The notes: generated by a model from the sequence alone, not told the origin. Shown: positions 9,269 to 19,517, numbered from the stretch's first letter. The stretch: DNA of 64,000 nucleotides from Prolixibacteraceae bacterium (GCA_016931385.1 JAFGEV010000343.1:1083-65082), one strand, 5' to 3'. Made by a program: numbers and translations.

Positions 9269-11695
9269 CTATTTTTCCTCCTCACTCGAATCGATTGAAT
9301 CAATTACCTTGATTTTATTTTTCAGATAATCTATCTGTTCTTCGTTCCGGGCAATTTTGCGCTCAACATCTTTAATGAGGGCCTCGGCATTTTTCGAGTC
9401 GGCAAAGAATCCAACGTTGTTCTTTAAAGTAATTAAATCATTTTCAAGATGCTTTAACTTGGTAATGTATCTTTCGCGCTCAGCATACATTTTGCCATGC
9501 CCCCGCGACGATGTTTTCCAATCAGTTACCTTGTTTCTGAATTTTAACAAATTACGGTCAACGTCTTTGTCTTTTAGTTTATCGAATTGCACATTAATGG
9601 CATCCCTGAACTTCTTTTGAATATTCTTTTTATCGCCAATGGGCACGAAACCAATTTCGTTCCATCGCCGCTGAAATTCCCTGATACATTCAAAATCTTT
9701 TTCATCGTCGCCCAACGACTTGAAGTTAACAACCTCTTTAATCAAGTCGTTTTTAAGCTTAAGGTTTTCAACCTGTGTTTCATCTTTTGTATTGAAGAAT
9801 TCAGATTTCTGTTTAAAAAAGTAGTCACAAGCTGCCCTGAAACGCTTCCAAACAGTATCGGATTGTTTACGGGGTACAGGCCCGATTTCTTTCCATTTCT
9901 TTTGAATATTTATGAATTCATCGGTTGCTTTTTTCCAATCGGTACTGTCCTTAAGGGCTTCAGCCTGCATACACAAATCGATTTTTAATTGCAGGTTGTT
10001 ATTTTGTATCTCTTTGTGTTTTGTGTAAAATTCACGTTTTTTGTCGAAAAATTTATCACAATTTATTCTGAACCGCTCGTAAATGCTTGTATTATCTTTT
10101 TTGGGAGCAAAGCCAATTGTACGCCAGTATTTTTGAAGTTCAATAAGCTCTTTCGATTTATCTTCCCAATCTTTATGCGATTTCAAATCAAGTTCAAGAA
10201 TCTCTTCAACCTTTTCGCATAAAGCTGTTTTGGCCTCAAGATTTTTCTTTTGCGATTTTTTACGGTTTTCGAAGAATTCCTGATGCTTTTTATTAATTAA
10301 ATTGGTTGCAGCCCTGAAACGTTCCCATAATTCTTCCTTCTTCTCGCGTGGCACAGGGCCTATCTCGCGCCATAAATCATGATACTTTTGCAGGGTATTG
10401 AATGCTTTTAATACTGATGGTTCGAGCAACAATGCTTCAGCCTTTTCACAAAGGATAATTTTTTCCTCCATGTTTTTCTTCAAATCAAGGTCCCGAAGCT
10501 CTTTGTTAATTTTGATATAATCGTAGAAATTTTCAACATGGTGATGATAATTTTCCCAAAGGTCTTTCATGCTAGCCTGGGGTACAAGGCCTACCTCCCT
10601 CCACTTTTGTTGCAGGTCCCTGAATTCCTGAAAGGTTTTATTTATTGATTCCTTTCTGTTAATAAGGTTTTTAATTTCTTCAATTATCTCATATTTAAGC
10701 TTCAGATTTTCGTCTTTTTCGGCTTCGAGGTCTTTGTTATATTCAGCCTTTTTCTGCCTTACCTGTTGCATCAGGGCTTTCATGTCCTGTTCATAAGGAT
10801 CGGCCTCAGGCTTGAATTCTTCTTCCATTCCTCCATCCTCAAGGAACTGTTTCTTTTGTTCGTGTAATTTGAGCTTATGTTTTTTATAAAAGTTAATTTT
10901 TATGGCATCGATTTCCGGAATTACGGAGACAAAATCTTCCTTTTCAAGTAAGCCCCTAAAGGCATTTATCAGCTCAACCTCGGTAAAAGTAGAATAATCA
11001 ACAGCAGTATCTTCTTCCTTCACCGGCAAATCTTCAGCTTTATCTTCAGTTTTATCTTCTTTATCTTCTTTCTTTTCAGTTTTCTCTTCCACGCTTTCAG
11101 GTTGTGTTTCACCTTCAGCTTCTACATCTCTCTCTTTTTCTGGCACAGAAACATCCTTTCCAGGTTCTTCTGTAGTTTTTTCTTTCTCGGCAACTTCTGA
11201 AATTTCTTCCGTTTTCTCAGGTTCTTCAGCTTTTTCGTCAATATTTTCAATATCCTTCTTTTCAGCAGGCTGATCCCCTTTTTCGGGCTCAGTTCGGCTA
11301 ACAGGTTTTCCTGCTGCCTTTTCATCTGGTTCAGAAACTTCAGGAATTTCCTCTTCAGTTTTCTCCTCCGGTTGATCAATTGTTGTTGTTAACTCTGAAA
11401 CTTCTGACTTGTCATCAGATTTTTCTATTTCTTCAGGCTCTTTGTTTTCTTCCGGGCCCTTTTCTTCAACGCTTAAAGATTTTTTATCAGGCTCTGAAAC
11501 CTTTTGTTCTTCAGTCATTTCCTCATCACCAGTAGATTCTTTTTCCAAATCTTCAACAGTTTCTTTTGCCTCGGTTTCTTCAACAGGGGCATCAACAAGT
11601 TCATCAACTACTTTATTTTCAGATTTTTTTTCTGACACTTTCTCATCATTCTGAGCTTTTGAGTGCATTTTTTCATTAGAGTCCATCATATTCAA
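9269..11695 (-). CDS. DUF349 repeat protein with ~230-aa acidic E/K-rich N-terminal region
   Basis: At least five repeats of the pattern W(K/R)EIG(P/F)VP...(E/D)xLWxRFRxAxxxF, characteristic of DUF349. The N-terminus is low-complexity E/K/T-rich. Confidence 0.8.
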   Translation of the reverse strand: MNMMDSNEKMHSKAQNDEKVSEKKSENKVVDELVDAPVEETEAKETVEDLEKESTGDEEMTEEQKVSEPDKKSLSVEEKGPEENKEPEEIEKSDDKSEVSELTTTIDQPEEKTEEEIPEVSEPDEKAAGKPVSRTEPEKGDQPAEKKDIENIDEKAEEPEKTEEISEVAEKEKTTEEPGKDVSVPEKERDVEAEGETQPESVEEKTEKKEDKEDKTEDKAEDLPVKEEDTAVDYSTFTEVELINAFRGLLEKEDFVSVIPEIDAIKINFYKKHKLKLHEQKKQFLEDGGMEEEFKPEADPYEQDMKALMQQVRQKKAEYNKDLEAEKDENLKLKYEIIEEIKNLINRKESINKTFQEFRDLQQKWREVGLVPQASMKDLWENYHHHVENFYDYIKINKELRDLDLKKNMEEKIILCEKAEALLLEPSVLKAFNTLQKYHDLWREIGPVPREKKEELWERFRAATNLINKKHQEFFENRKKSQKKNLEAKTALCEKVEEILELDLKSHKDWEDKSKELIELQKYWRTIGFAPKKDNTSIYERFRINCDKFFDKKREFYTKHKEIQNNNLQLKIDLCMQAEALKDSTDWKKATDEFINIQKKWKEIGPVPRKQSDTVWKRFRAACDYFFKQKSEFFNTKDETQVENLKLKNDLIKEVVNFKSLGDDEKDFECIREFQRRWNEIGFVPIGDKKNIQKKFRDAINVQFDKLKDKDVDRNLLKFRNKVTDWKTSSRGHGKMYAERERYITKLKHLENDLITLKNNVGFFADSKNAEALIKDVERKIARNEEQIDYLKNKIKVIDSIDSSEEEK

Positions 11696-11863
11696 TATTT
11701 GAGTGCAACAATGTATGTTTTGAGCATCTGTCCTTTCTTTTTGAGAACTACGAAAATAGATATTATATAATAATACTCAAATATTTTTCATACATTTTCG
11801 GGTATGATACTTTAATAGTAAAAGAATGAAAACATAAAAGTTCGAATTTTATATGTATTCGTT

Positions 11864-11871
11864 TACTTTTG
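11864..11871 (+). promoter_or_regulatory. candidate Bacteroidota -7 promoter box for trmD
   Basis: TACTTTTG matches TAnnTTTG, 20 nt upstream of ATG 11891. Confidence 0.5.
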
Positions 11872-11890
11872 CAACAAATATTGAGCAACC

Positions 11891-12568
11891 ATGCGAATTG
11901 ATATATTGACATTGTTTCCCGAATTATTTGAAAGCCCCTTCAGGGTATCTATGATCAAAAGGGCTTTAGAAAAAGGGCTTTGTGAGATTGACATTCACAA
12001 CATACGCGATTACTCGGTCGACAAACATAAATCGGTTGACGATTATGCTTTTGGTGGCGGCGCGGGCATGGTCATGATGGTGCAACCAATTGAGGCAATA
12101 ATCCTGAAACTCAAAGCAGAGCGCAACTACGATGAAATTATTTACATGACTCCCGATGCAAGGGTTTATAAACAAAAAGAAGCAAACAGACTTTCACTTT
12201 GTAAAAACCTGATTATCCTTTGCGGGCATTATAAAGGTGTTGATCAGCGGATAAGGGATCATTACATTACCCGTGAAATTTCAATTGGAGACTATGTTTT
12301 AACAGGTGGGGAATTAGCTGCCGCTGTTGTTGTTGATAGTATTGTAAGGCTACTTCCCGGTGTACTTTCCGATGAAACTTCAGCCCTTACCGATTCACAT
12401 CAGGATGGATTGTTAAGCCCGCCGGTATATACGAGGCCTGCCAATTATAAAGGATGGAAAGTACCAGATGTATTACTTTCGGGAAACGAAAAGAAGATAA
12501 ATGAATGGCGCGAAAACCAATCAATAGAAATTACCAGAAAAATCAGGCCCGATTTACTGGACGAATAA
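11891..12568 (+). CDS. trmD: tRNA (guanine37-N1)-methyltransferase
   Basis: [17 protein letters not shown]...[13 protein letters not shown]...[11 protein letters not shown]...[15 protein letters not shown]: canonical TrmD motifs. Confidence 0.95.
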   Translation: MRIDILTLFPELFESPFRVSMIKRALEKGLCEIDIHNIRDYSVDKHKSVDDYAFGGGAGMVMMVQPIEAIILKLKAERNYDEIIYMTPDARVYKQKEANRLSLCKNLIILCGHYKGVDQRIRDHYITREISIGDYVLTGGELAAAVVVDSIVRLLPGVLSDETSALTDSHQDGLLSPPVYTRPANYKGWKVPDVLLSGNEKKINEWRENQSIEITRKIRPDLLDE

Positions 12569-12753
12569 TTATTTATTGCCTGATTTATAAAAAATTCCAT
12601 ATTTTACTTGAATTATTATACTTTTTTTCTGAACTTTAACAGTGAACTATTGTTTTATAAATGAAGTTCGTTCTAAATATCTAAATGAACAGCTTCAAAT
12701 CAGACGTTATTTTATAGTTCATAAGGTTTGGTTTTGTTAGTTTGGTTAAGGTT

Positions 12754-12783
12754 AACCGCGGGGTGGTTCCCGCGGTTTTTTTT
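12754..12783 (+). terminator. intrinsic terminator, GC-rich 9-bp stem plus T8
   Basis: AACCGCGGG (12754..12762), loop GTGGTT, CCCGCGGTT (12769..12777), then a T-run to 12783. It lies 186 nt after the trmD stop. Confidence 0.75.
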
Positions 12784-12819
12784 ATACCTTAGCGAAGCAA
12801 ACAAACTAGATAAAAACTG

Positions 12820-13692
12820 ATGAAAAGGATCGAAAATAAAAGTTCACGCACAGCAGCTTTCACTTGTACATGCAGAGCATCGTCGTATATGGAAAAAGAT
12901 CCCTGTTTCAAATCAAACGACGATATTTCAGTTAAACTTCTGCCACACTTCTGGAAGTTTATGCTCAAGCAGAGATTTCTAAATTTAAAAAGTATTGTGG
13001 GGCCAAAAGGAATCTACCCCTATGTAATTGCAAGGACAAAATTCATTGATACTGTTCTTGAAGATGCACTTAATGCCGACACAAAACAGGTGCTGATTTT
13101 GGGAGCCGGATTCGATTCCAGGGCGGTCAGATACCTAAAACCAGAAAGTGATGTTAAAATCTTTGAGGTTGATGCACCCGCTACCCTTAACGCCAAAGTC
13201 AAACAGTTTAAAAAACGAAACATTAAAATTCCTGAGAACAATATTTATGTTTCAGTAGATTTCACAAAAGAAGATGTCAGGGAAAAACTACTGAGCAGGA
13301 ATTTCATTTCCAACACTCAAACATTGTTTATTCTTGAAGGATTAACCATGTACCTGACTGCTGAAGCCGTATATCAAACCTTTAAATTTATAATTGAAAA
13401 TTCGGCCCCAGATAGTTTCATTGTTTTCGACTATATCTATGCTTCAGTTTTAAGGAAGGAAATGAAATATTATGGCGAAAGTGCAATATACAGCAGGGTT
13501 AAAAAAGAGAATGAAGAATGGACATTTGGCATTGAAGAAGGAGAAATTGAAAAGTTTCTGAACAATTTCAATCTTTTCCTGATTGAACACCTGAATTCGG
13601 AAACTCTTGAAAATAAATACTTTTTAAATGACAAAGGCGAAAAAGTCACCCGGATAAACGGAACTCACTGTATCGTTTTAGCCCGAAAATAA
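12820..13692 (+). CDS. class I SAM-dependent methyltransferase (leucine carboxyl / O-methyltransferase-like family)
   Basis: SSRTAAFTCTCRA... and VLILGAGFDSRAVRY...FEVDAP...ILEGLTMYL are signatures of this methyltransferase family. Confidence 0.7.
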   Translation: MKRIENKSSRTAAFTCTCRASSYMEKDPCFKSNDDISVKLLPHFWKFMLKQRFLNLKSIVGPKGIYPYVIARTKFIDTVLEDALNADTKQVLILGAGFDSRAVRYLKPESDVKIFEVDAPATLNAKVKQFKKRNIKIPENNIYVSVDFTKEDVREKLLSRNFISNTQTLFILEGLTMYLTAEAVYQTFKFIIENSAPDSFIVFDYIYASVLRKEMKYYGESAIYSRVKKENEEWTFGIEEGEIEKFLNNFNLFLIEHLNSETLENKYFLNDKGEKVTRINGTHCIVLARK

Positions 13693-13733
13693 ATTTCATT
13701 TTATTGCTGATAAAAACAAATTATTCACATCTG

Positions 13734-14564
13734 ATGGCTGACAGAAAACAAAAAAAAGGTTACAAATCAATCCCTCTGGGATTTACAAGACGAATGGTCA
13801 TCGCTTCAGTTAATTGCAACAAAAAAAATGCAATACACAGCATGACCAAAATTGATATTACCAGGCCTCGAAAGCTTCTGAATGAATACATTGTAAAAAC
13901 AGGTGTAAAGCTTTCATTTACAGCTTATATTGTAAAAAGCTTTTCTGAAGCCCTTAAAGCATTTCCCGAAATGAATTCGTTTATCAAAGGGCGCCGGCTA
14001 ATCATTCTCGATGATATAACCGTAAGTGTTTTGGTTGAAAGAGTAATTAACGGGGTAAAAGTCCCTGAACCTATTGGGATAAAAAGTACGCAGGAAAAGA
14101 CTGTAAAACAGATTTCGGATGAAATACGGTTGGCCCAGAAAAATACCGGAAATGAACTTGGAAATTTAACCGGCTCAACATGGATAAAACTGATTCCTGT
14201 GTTTCTCATGCGTACTTTCATCAAAGTTGCCGACCGCAATATTAAAATGGGTTTACGGTACGGGAAAGTGGCAGTAACTGCACCGGGAATGTATGCAGGA
14301 GATGCAACCTGGTTTATTCCCCACGGTACTGCAACCGTGCTGCTTACCATTGGCAGCATGGAAAAGAAAAATATTTTAACCGAAAATGGCGACATTGTTA
14401 AAAAAGAATACCTGTATCTTACAGCATCGTTCGATCATGAAATTGTCGATGGGGCGCCTGCCGCTCGCTTTATGAAACATTTTGAGGAGATTCTTAAGAA
14501 CGGGAAAATGTTGGAGGACATTATAAATTCAACTCCAGCTAATTCAAACGAAGGTGAAGTATAG
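13734..14564 (+). CDS. second E2 (2-oxoacid dehydrogenase acyltransferase) catalytic-domain-only protein
   Basis: ORF 13704..14564 begins with TTG; the first ATG is at 13734. C-terminal LTASFDHEIVDGAPAARFMKHF is a DHxxxDG active-site motif. No lipoyl domain. Confidence 0.7.
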   Translation: MADRKQKKGYKSIPLGFTRRMVIASVNCNKKNAIHSMTKIDITRPRKLLNEYIVKTGVKLSFTAYIVKSFSEALKAFPEMNSFIKGRRLIILDDITVSVLVERVINGVKVPEPIGIKSTQEKTVKQISDEIRLAQKNTGNELGNLTGSTWIKLIPVFLMRTFIKVADRNIKMGLRYGKVAVTAPGMYAGDATWFIPHGTATVLLTIGSMEKKNILTENGDIVKKEYLYLTASFDHEIVDGAPAARFMKHFEEILKNGKMLEDIINSTPANSNEGEV

Positions 14565-14640
14565 CTTCAATTTGCATAACATATTGCAGTAAGTCTTTAA
14601 AAAATTCACATGATTATTAACAAGGAAATATTATTCCATA

Positions 14641-15144
14641 ATGATAAATCTAAAAAACATTCTTATAAAAAAAGCCAAAAAGACTGATCACAATATACTG
14701 ACCTCGATTGCTTTCTCGGCTAAACGGCACTGGAATTACCCCGAACACTATTACGAATTATGGAAAGATGAACTGACATTATCTGAAAAATACATTTCAA
14801 AAAACACTGTTTATAAAGCCTGTTACCTTGATAAAATACTTGGTTTCTATTCTATTGTTGAAAATGAAAAGGACTTTTATTCAGGTGAAGTTTTTGTTGA
14901 AAAAGGATTTTGGCTCGAACACATTTTCATATTGCCCGAATACCATAAAATGGGCATAGGCAGTTTGCTGATAAAACATGCGAAACAGCTTTCGAAAAAG
15001 AAGGGTATTGAATCATTGAAAATATTTGTTGATCCTTATGCGAGCGGTTTCTATGATAGAATTGGAGCTAAACACATTTATGATTCTGCATCTTCGATAC
15101 CGGGAAGAAAAATCCCGGTATACTTACTGAAGATTAATGATTAA
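14641..15144 (+). CDS. GNAT family N-acetyltransferase
   Basis: 167 aa; LEHIFILPEYHKMGIGSLLIKHA...GFYDRIGA matches the acetyl-CoA binding motif A region. Confidence 0.75.
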   Translation: MINLKNILIKKAKKTDHNILTSIAFSAKRHWNYPEHYYELWKDELTLSEKYISKNTVYKACYLDKILGFYSIVENEKDFYSGEVFVEKGFWLEHIFILPEYHKMGIGSLLIKHAKQLSKKKGIESLKIFVDPYASGFYDRIGAKHIYDSASSIPGRKIPVYLLKIND

Positions 15145-15244
15145 CAACTTATTAAAAGCGATATCAAATAAGTGTCTGTTATTTGATTTGGAGAAAGGAA
15201 ATTGAACTTCTATTTTTACTGCCTTAAATTTAAAAATTAGAAAT

Positions 15245-16831
15245 GTGATCGGTAAGAAAATTAGAATAACCCTGCCCTTTATGATGTTCTTTATTGCTTC
15301 TTTCATCACAAATACTGAGGCACAAGAGATTCAGTTGACCATTAACCCTGAAGAACGGTTTAATACCTTTACAGGTTTTGGCGCATCGCTCGCATTTTAT
15401 GAAAACTGGCTTACGGCCCATCCAAACAAAAAGCAGATTTATGAAGCTGTTTTTGGTGAGCTCAGCCTCGATATTTTACGTGTTCGAAATGCTCACGGTT
15501 ATGATGCAGGGATGATAACCAGGGTTAAAGAATTTGTTAATGCATCAGAAACAGTTCAAGGCAGGCCAATCCCTTTCCTTTCAACTTCATGGGGGCCACC
15601 TGCATATCTAAAAAGCAATAACGATAGAAGCAATGGAGGATCGTTAAAATACACTATTGTCAACGGCAAGGTTGAATTCGATTACAAGGGATTTGCCAAC
15701 TGGTGGAACGAATCGCTTGATGCATACAGTGCAGCAGGTATCTCCCCTACTTATATCAGCATTCAAAACGAACCTGATTATACTGCAACCTGGGAATCGT
15801 GCCGGCTCGAACCTACTGAAAAAATAACGAATACCGATACCATTGCAGGTTACAACATAGCACTTGATGTTGTTTACAACAAACTTCAGGAACGTGATAA
15901 CCAACCATTATTTCTTGGCCCCGAATCAATCGGGATTGGTTATAACGCTGTAAGGAACTATATAAACCGCCTCGACAAATCGAAACTTGATGTGGTTGCC
16001 CACCATTTGTACCATGGCATTAACGTGGACAACCCCTGGGACAATTCAACAATTTATATTACCGGGCTGATTGCCGAAGAAATCCCCCATTTTATGTCGG
16101 AATATTCAGGTAACGACTGGTTTCCAATGTCGGGACTGATTTACAAAACCCTGGCCGATGAAAACGCCTGCGCCTATTTTTACTGGGATCTGATATGGGA
16201 TAACGGTGGACTTGTAAGCTTAGAATTTCCATGGGACAGGTCGCGGTGGACAACTGCAGGAGGATATATAAAAACCAAGAAATTTTATACATTTAAACAA
16301 TTCTCTGGTTTTATCCACCCCGGATGGCAAAGGTTAGACCTTTCGTTCGAAGATGAGGATTTAAAAGCAGTTTCGTTTGGAAATGCAGAAAGTGATTCTA
16401 TTTCATTGGTATTGATCAACCGATCTTCAACCAAAAACAAAACGGTTAAAATTGGCATTGAAGGCTTCAATTACAACCACACCGAAGCATACATTACCAG
16501 CAAAACACAAGATTGCGAATACATTGGAGGGGTTTCTGATTCGGTCATCACACTACCACCCTACTCTGTTACAACAATCCTTTTCACCCATATTTACCAC
16601 AATGCTGCTGAACAGTTCTCAAACACCTGTCACGTATACCCGAACCCTTTCAATAAGGAGCTGATAATAAACGGGAATAGTGGTAAAAAATGGCATTTGT
16701 ATTCCCTCGATGGGCATGTGGTAAAAACCGGTACAACAAACATCGTTGACGGAAGTAACCTGAAGCCCGGGGCTTATTTGCTGAAAACCGGATCGCAGGT
16801 ATTCAGTGTGCTGAAAAAAGAAATTCATTAA
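15245..16831 (+). CDS. glycoside hydrolase family 30-like enzyme with T9SS C-terminal sorting domain
   Basis: Signal peptide (GTG start). FTGFGASLAFYENWL, STSWGPPAYLKSN and YISIQNEPDY resemble GH30 motifs. The last ~70 aa (CHVYPNPFNKELIIN...YSLDGHVVKTG...GAYLLKTGSQVFSVLKK) is a T9SS type-A tail. Confidence 0.7.
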   Translation: MIGKKIRITLPFMMFFIASFITNTEAQEIQLTINPEERFNTFTGFGASLAFYENWLTAHPNKKQIYEAVFGELSLDILRVRNAHGYDAGMITRVKEFVNASETVQGRPIPFLSTSWGPPAYLKSNNDRSNGGSLKYTIVNGKVEFDYKGFANWWNESLDAYSAAGISPTYISIQNEPDYTATWESCRLEPTEKITNTDTIAGYNIALDVVYNKLQERDNQPLFLGPESIGIGYNAVRNYINRLDKSKLDVVAHHLYHGINVDNPWDNSTIYITGLIAEEIPHFMSEYSGNDWFPMSGLIYKTLADENACAYFYWDLIWDNGGLVSLEFPWDRSRWTTAGGYIKTKKFYTFKQFSGFIHPGWQRLDLSFEDEDLKAVSFGNAESDSISLVLINRSSTKNKTVKIGIEGFNYNHTEAYITSKTQDCEYIGGVSDSVITLPPYSVTTILFTHIYHNAAEQFSNTCHVYPNPFNKELIINGNSGKKWHLYSLDGHVVKTGTTNIVDGSNLKPGAYLLKTGSQVFSVLKKEIH

Positions 16832-16891
16832 TTTCAATTTTTTGGGATTTTGCCTAAATTAGATTTCAAATCTTTGAAACCTTTTTATAGA

Positions 16892-17296
16892 ATGAAAAAA
16901 TCTATAAAACTTGTATTCATAATATCATTTAACTTTCTTTTTCTTGTCGCATGTGTAAAGGATGATATTGTTCAAAATAATGCTATTGTAATCTGTTCAG
17001 ACATTACTAACAAACACATTTTCAATCTTGATTCTACAAAAATCGAATCAGGTCCCAGAGAGATAAAAACATTTGAACTTGATGTTAATCAAGATAATAT
17101 TAATGACATCCAGATTACAACGGACTGGGATATCCACCCCGGCGGGGGATATTGTAAATCAGAAATTTCTTGCATTAACAATTCCATTTCATTATGTGTT
17201 TATGAAATCCGGGACACAACATTTATAAATAACAGGATTGATACTGTTTATTCCGGGAATGAAGTTTATATTCATTACAATAAAACATATTCCTGA
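16892..17296 (+). CDS. hypothetical lipoprotein (N-terminal part of a TGA-interrupted reading frame)
   Basis: MKKSIKLVFIISFNFLFLVAC lipobox. ORF track start 16850 is TTG; ATG at 16892. Ends at TGA 17294..17296, which is in frame with the next ORF. Confidence 0.5.
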   Translation: MKKSIKLVFIISFNFLFLVACVKDDIVQNNAIVICSDITNKHIFNLDSTKIESGPREIKTFELDVNQDNINDIQITTDWDIHPGGGYCKSEISCINNSISLCVYEIRDTTFINNRIDTVYSGNEVYIHYNKTYS

Positions 17297-17347
17297 CGGA
17301 GGATATCTCCTCAAGACTCAATCAAATCCATAGAGCATAAATATATC

Positions 17348-17647
17348 ATGAAACAATTTAACGAAGGTGATACAATAAAAATTTCTGATGATTGGAAGTC
17401 AGACAATTTTAATATTTTTCGGCCAAGTATTTCAAGCCTTCCATACATGTTCGAAAATATTGGAAATACATATAAAATACAAAACAATAATACCATTCAC
17501 GATTGTTATAACCTACCCTTCAACACACCCCTTTACCTGGGGTTTAAATACTCAGATGATAACAACAACTGCTTAGGTTGGTTACACATAGTTGTTAATA
17601 ACAGTGTAAATATTATTTTATTTGAATACGGATTTTTCCAGATTTAA
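17348..17647 (+). CDS. hypothetical protein (same frame as 16892..17296)
   Basis: 99-aa ORF. Codon-by-codon reading of 17297..17347 shows no further stop between the TGA and this ATG. Confidence 0.4.
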   Translation: MKQFNEGDTIKISDDWKSDNFNIFRPSISSLPYMFENIGNTYKIQNNNTIHDCYNLPFNTPLYLGFKYSDDNNNCLGWLHIVVNNSVNIILFEYGFFQI

Positions 17648-17743
17648 CAAGCCACCCTCTCCAACAATATTAATCCTTTAAAACAATTTTTTACAATTTA
17701 AATTATTGTGGCAAAACATAAACATAGATATTAATCCGTGTCA

Positions 17744-18466
17744 TCAGTGTTCCAGATCCAGCCTGCCCAATACATCGTTTTTATAACTTCTACTGATAGG
17801 TACCTGATGCCTGCCAATTTCAATGTATTCGTTTGTAAACGACTCAATCGCCCTGAATGAAACGATGTATGAACGGTGGGTCCTGATAAAATCTTTCTGC
17901 GGGAGTTGTGCTTCGATATTTGAAATCGTTTCACGCGTTACGACTGTTTTGTCGTCGAGATGGATTTTCACGTAATCGCCAATGCTTTCGATGTACCTGA
18001 TTTGTGAAAACACAATTTTAATCATTTTTCTGTCGGAGCGGACAAAAATGAAATCACTTTTCTCTTCGGCCACGACCTCGCCTGAATACTTTTCAAATAC
18101 CTGTGTTTCGTTTAAATACTTATCCACTGCCTGTTTGAAACGTTCATGTGAAATGGGTTTCAGCAGGTAATCGACTGCCTGTAGGTCGAATCCGTCAACG
18201 GCATATTCGCGGTAAGCCGTGGTAAAAATCACTTTTATATTTTTATTGATCGAACGTGCAAACGACAAACCGTTAATCCCCGGCATATTGATATCGAGAA
18301 AGATCAGGCCGATGCTTTCTTTACTGATTTTTTCAAAAGCTTCCAACGCGTTTTTACAACTTTCGGCAAGCCTTAATTTCTTTTCCCGCTCAACAAAATC
18401 CACAAGAATTTCCCTGGCCACAGGTTCATCGTCTACTATGAGGCAGTTAATCATTTCTTTCTTCAT
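17744..18466 (-). CDS. LytTR/AlgR-family response regulator
   Basis: Probable start MKKEMINCLIVDDEP. Receiver domain (LIFLDINMPGINGL) plus C-terminal LytTR DNA-binding domain (IFVRSDRKMIKI...IRYIESIGDYVKIH...FIRTHRSYIV). Confidence 0.9.
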   Translation of the reverse strand: MKKEMINCLIVDDEPVAREILVDFVEREKKLRLAESCKNALEAFEKISKESIGLIFLDINMPGINGLSFARSINKNIKVIFTTAYREYAVDGFDLQAVDYLLKPISHERFKQAVDKYLNETQVFEKYSGEVVAEEKSDFIFVRSDRKMIKIVFSQIRYIESIGDYVKIHLDDKTVVTRETISNIEAQLPQKDFIRTHRSYIVSFRAIESFTNEYIEIGRHQVPISRSYKNDVLGRLDLEH

Positions 18467-19517
18467 GATCCAAATCCGAAATTGTAAGTTTGACCCTGTA
18501 ATGATCATGTTGTATTTCATTCACCAGTTGATAGTGGTTTCTATAATGCAATTCGAGCCTTTTGCTGATATTTTCAAGTCCGATCCCGCTTCTTTTGTCA
18601 GCTTCGTCATTTGGAACGATGCTGTTCTGCATTGAAAATTCAAGCCGGTTACCAATGATTTTAATTTCAACTTCGATTGATAAAAAACCCTTTACAATAT
18701 TCCCGTGTTTAAAGGCATTCTCGACAAACGGGATCAGTAACATAGGGGCTATCTGAAGATTTTCGTCGATAATGTCTGAATAAAAATCTACTTTTAATGT
18801 ATCCTGAAACCGTATCCGTTCCAGCTCGATATATTCCTTGATATGCATCACCTCTTCCTTCAAACTTACACGGGGCTTGTTTACCTGATAAAGGATGTAA
18901 TCGAGCAGGTTCGACAATTTCAATATTATTCCAGGGGTCTGTTTCGATTGTTTCAGGGCAAACCCGTAAATGGTATTCAGTGTATTAAAAAGGAAATGCG
19001 GGTGTATCTGCATTTTAAGATAGTGCAATTCCTGTTCTTTTAGCTGAAGCTGAGCTGCCAGTATTTTATTTTCCAGTTCTTTGTTTCTCGACAACGTTTT
19101 AAAATTTTTGTTCAGTAACGAAATAAAACTCACTACGCCTACAATGAGGTAAACCAATATCAGTATGAAAAAGAAGTTTTTGCTCATCGGGGGCATTAAC
19201 AAAATATTGAATTGTAGCAAAACAATCAGGCAACCATAAAGGACCAGTACGATAATGTACGATGAAAATACCAGGGTATAAAATCCGTAAAGGGCAAACA
19301 GTAAATATTTCTTCGTCAGCAGATAGCCCGGGATTAAATAATAAACCATGAAATAAGTTACCATCATGGTAAGCGGCAGCAAAAGGCTCGAAAACCATGT
19401 AATGTAAACTTTATCATCGGAGTTATAACTGAAAAAATAATAAAAGAAAAACCACACACCAACCCAAAACAGCAGGTGAAAAACCACAGTTCTTAAAAAT
19501 CTCCAGTTCGTTTTCAT
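18447..19517 (-). CDS. LytS/YehU-type sensor histidine kinase
   Basis: Multi-TM N-terminus, HPHFLFNTLNTIYG (His_kinase domain) and FVENAFKHG (ATPase). Overlaps the response regulator gene. Confidence 0.9.
   Translation of the reverse strand: MKTNWRFLRTVVFHLLFWVGVWFFFYYFFSYNSDDKVYITWFSSLLLPLTMMVTYFMVYYLIPGYLLTKKYLLFALYGFYTLVFSSYIIVLVLYGCLIVLLQFNILLMPPMSKNFFFILILVYLIVGVVSFISLLNKNFKTLSRNKELENKILAAQLQLKEQELHYLKMQIHPHFLFNTLNTIYGFALKQSKQTPGIILKLSNLLDYILYQVNKPRVSLKEEVMHIKEYIELERIRFQDTLKVDFYSDIIDENLQIAPMLLIPFVENAFKHGNIVKGFLSIEVEIKIIGNRLEFSMQNSIVPNDEADKRSGIGLENISKRLELHYRNHYQLVNEIQHDHYRVKLTISDLDHEERND

Noticed and set aside
11122-11654. ORFs 11122..11379 (-) and 11409..11654 (+) inside the DUF349 gene
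   Set aside because: They are low-complexity artefacts of the GAA/AAG-rich acidic region (K/R-rich or S-rich translations).
9269-11695. Acidic ~230-aa N-terminus of the DUF349 protein as a separate feature of interest
   Set aside because: E/K-rich disordered extensions are common in this family. Nothing in the DNA suggests more than low-complexity coding sequence.
16850-16891. TTG-initiated extension of the lipoprotein ORF
   Set aside because: The ATG at 16892 gives a canonical lipoprotein signal peptide, so the extension is unnecessary.
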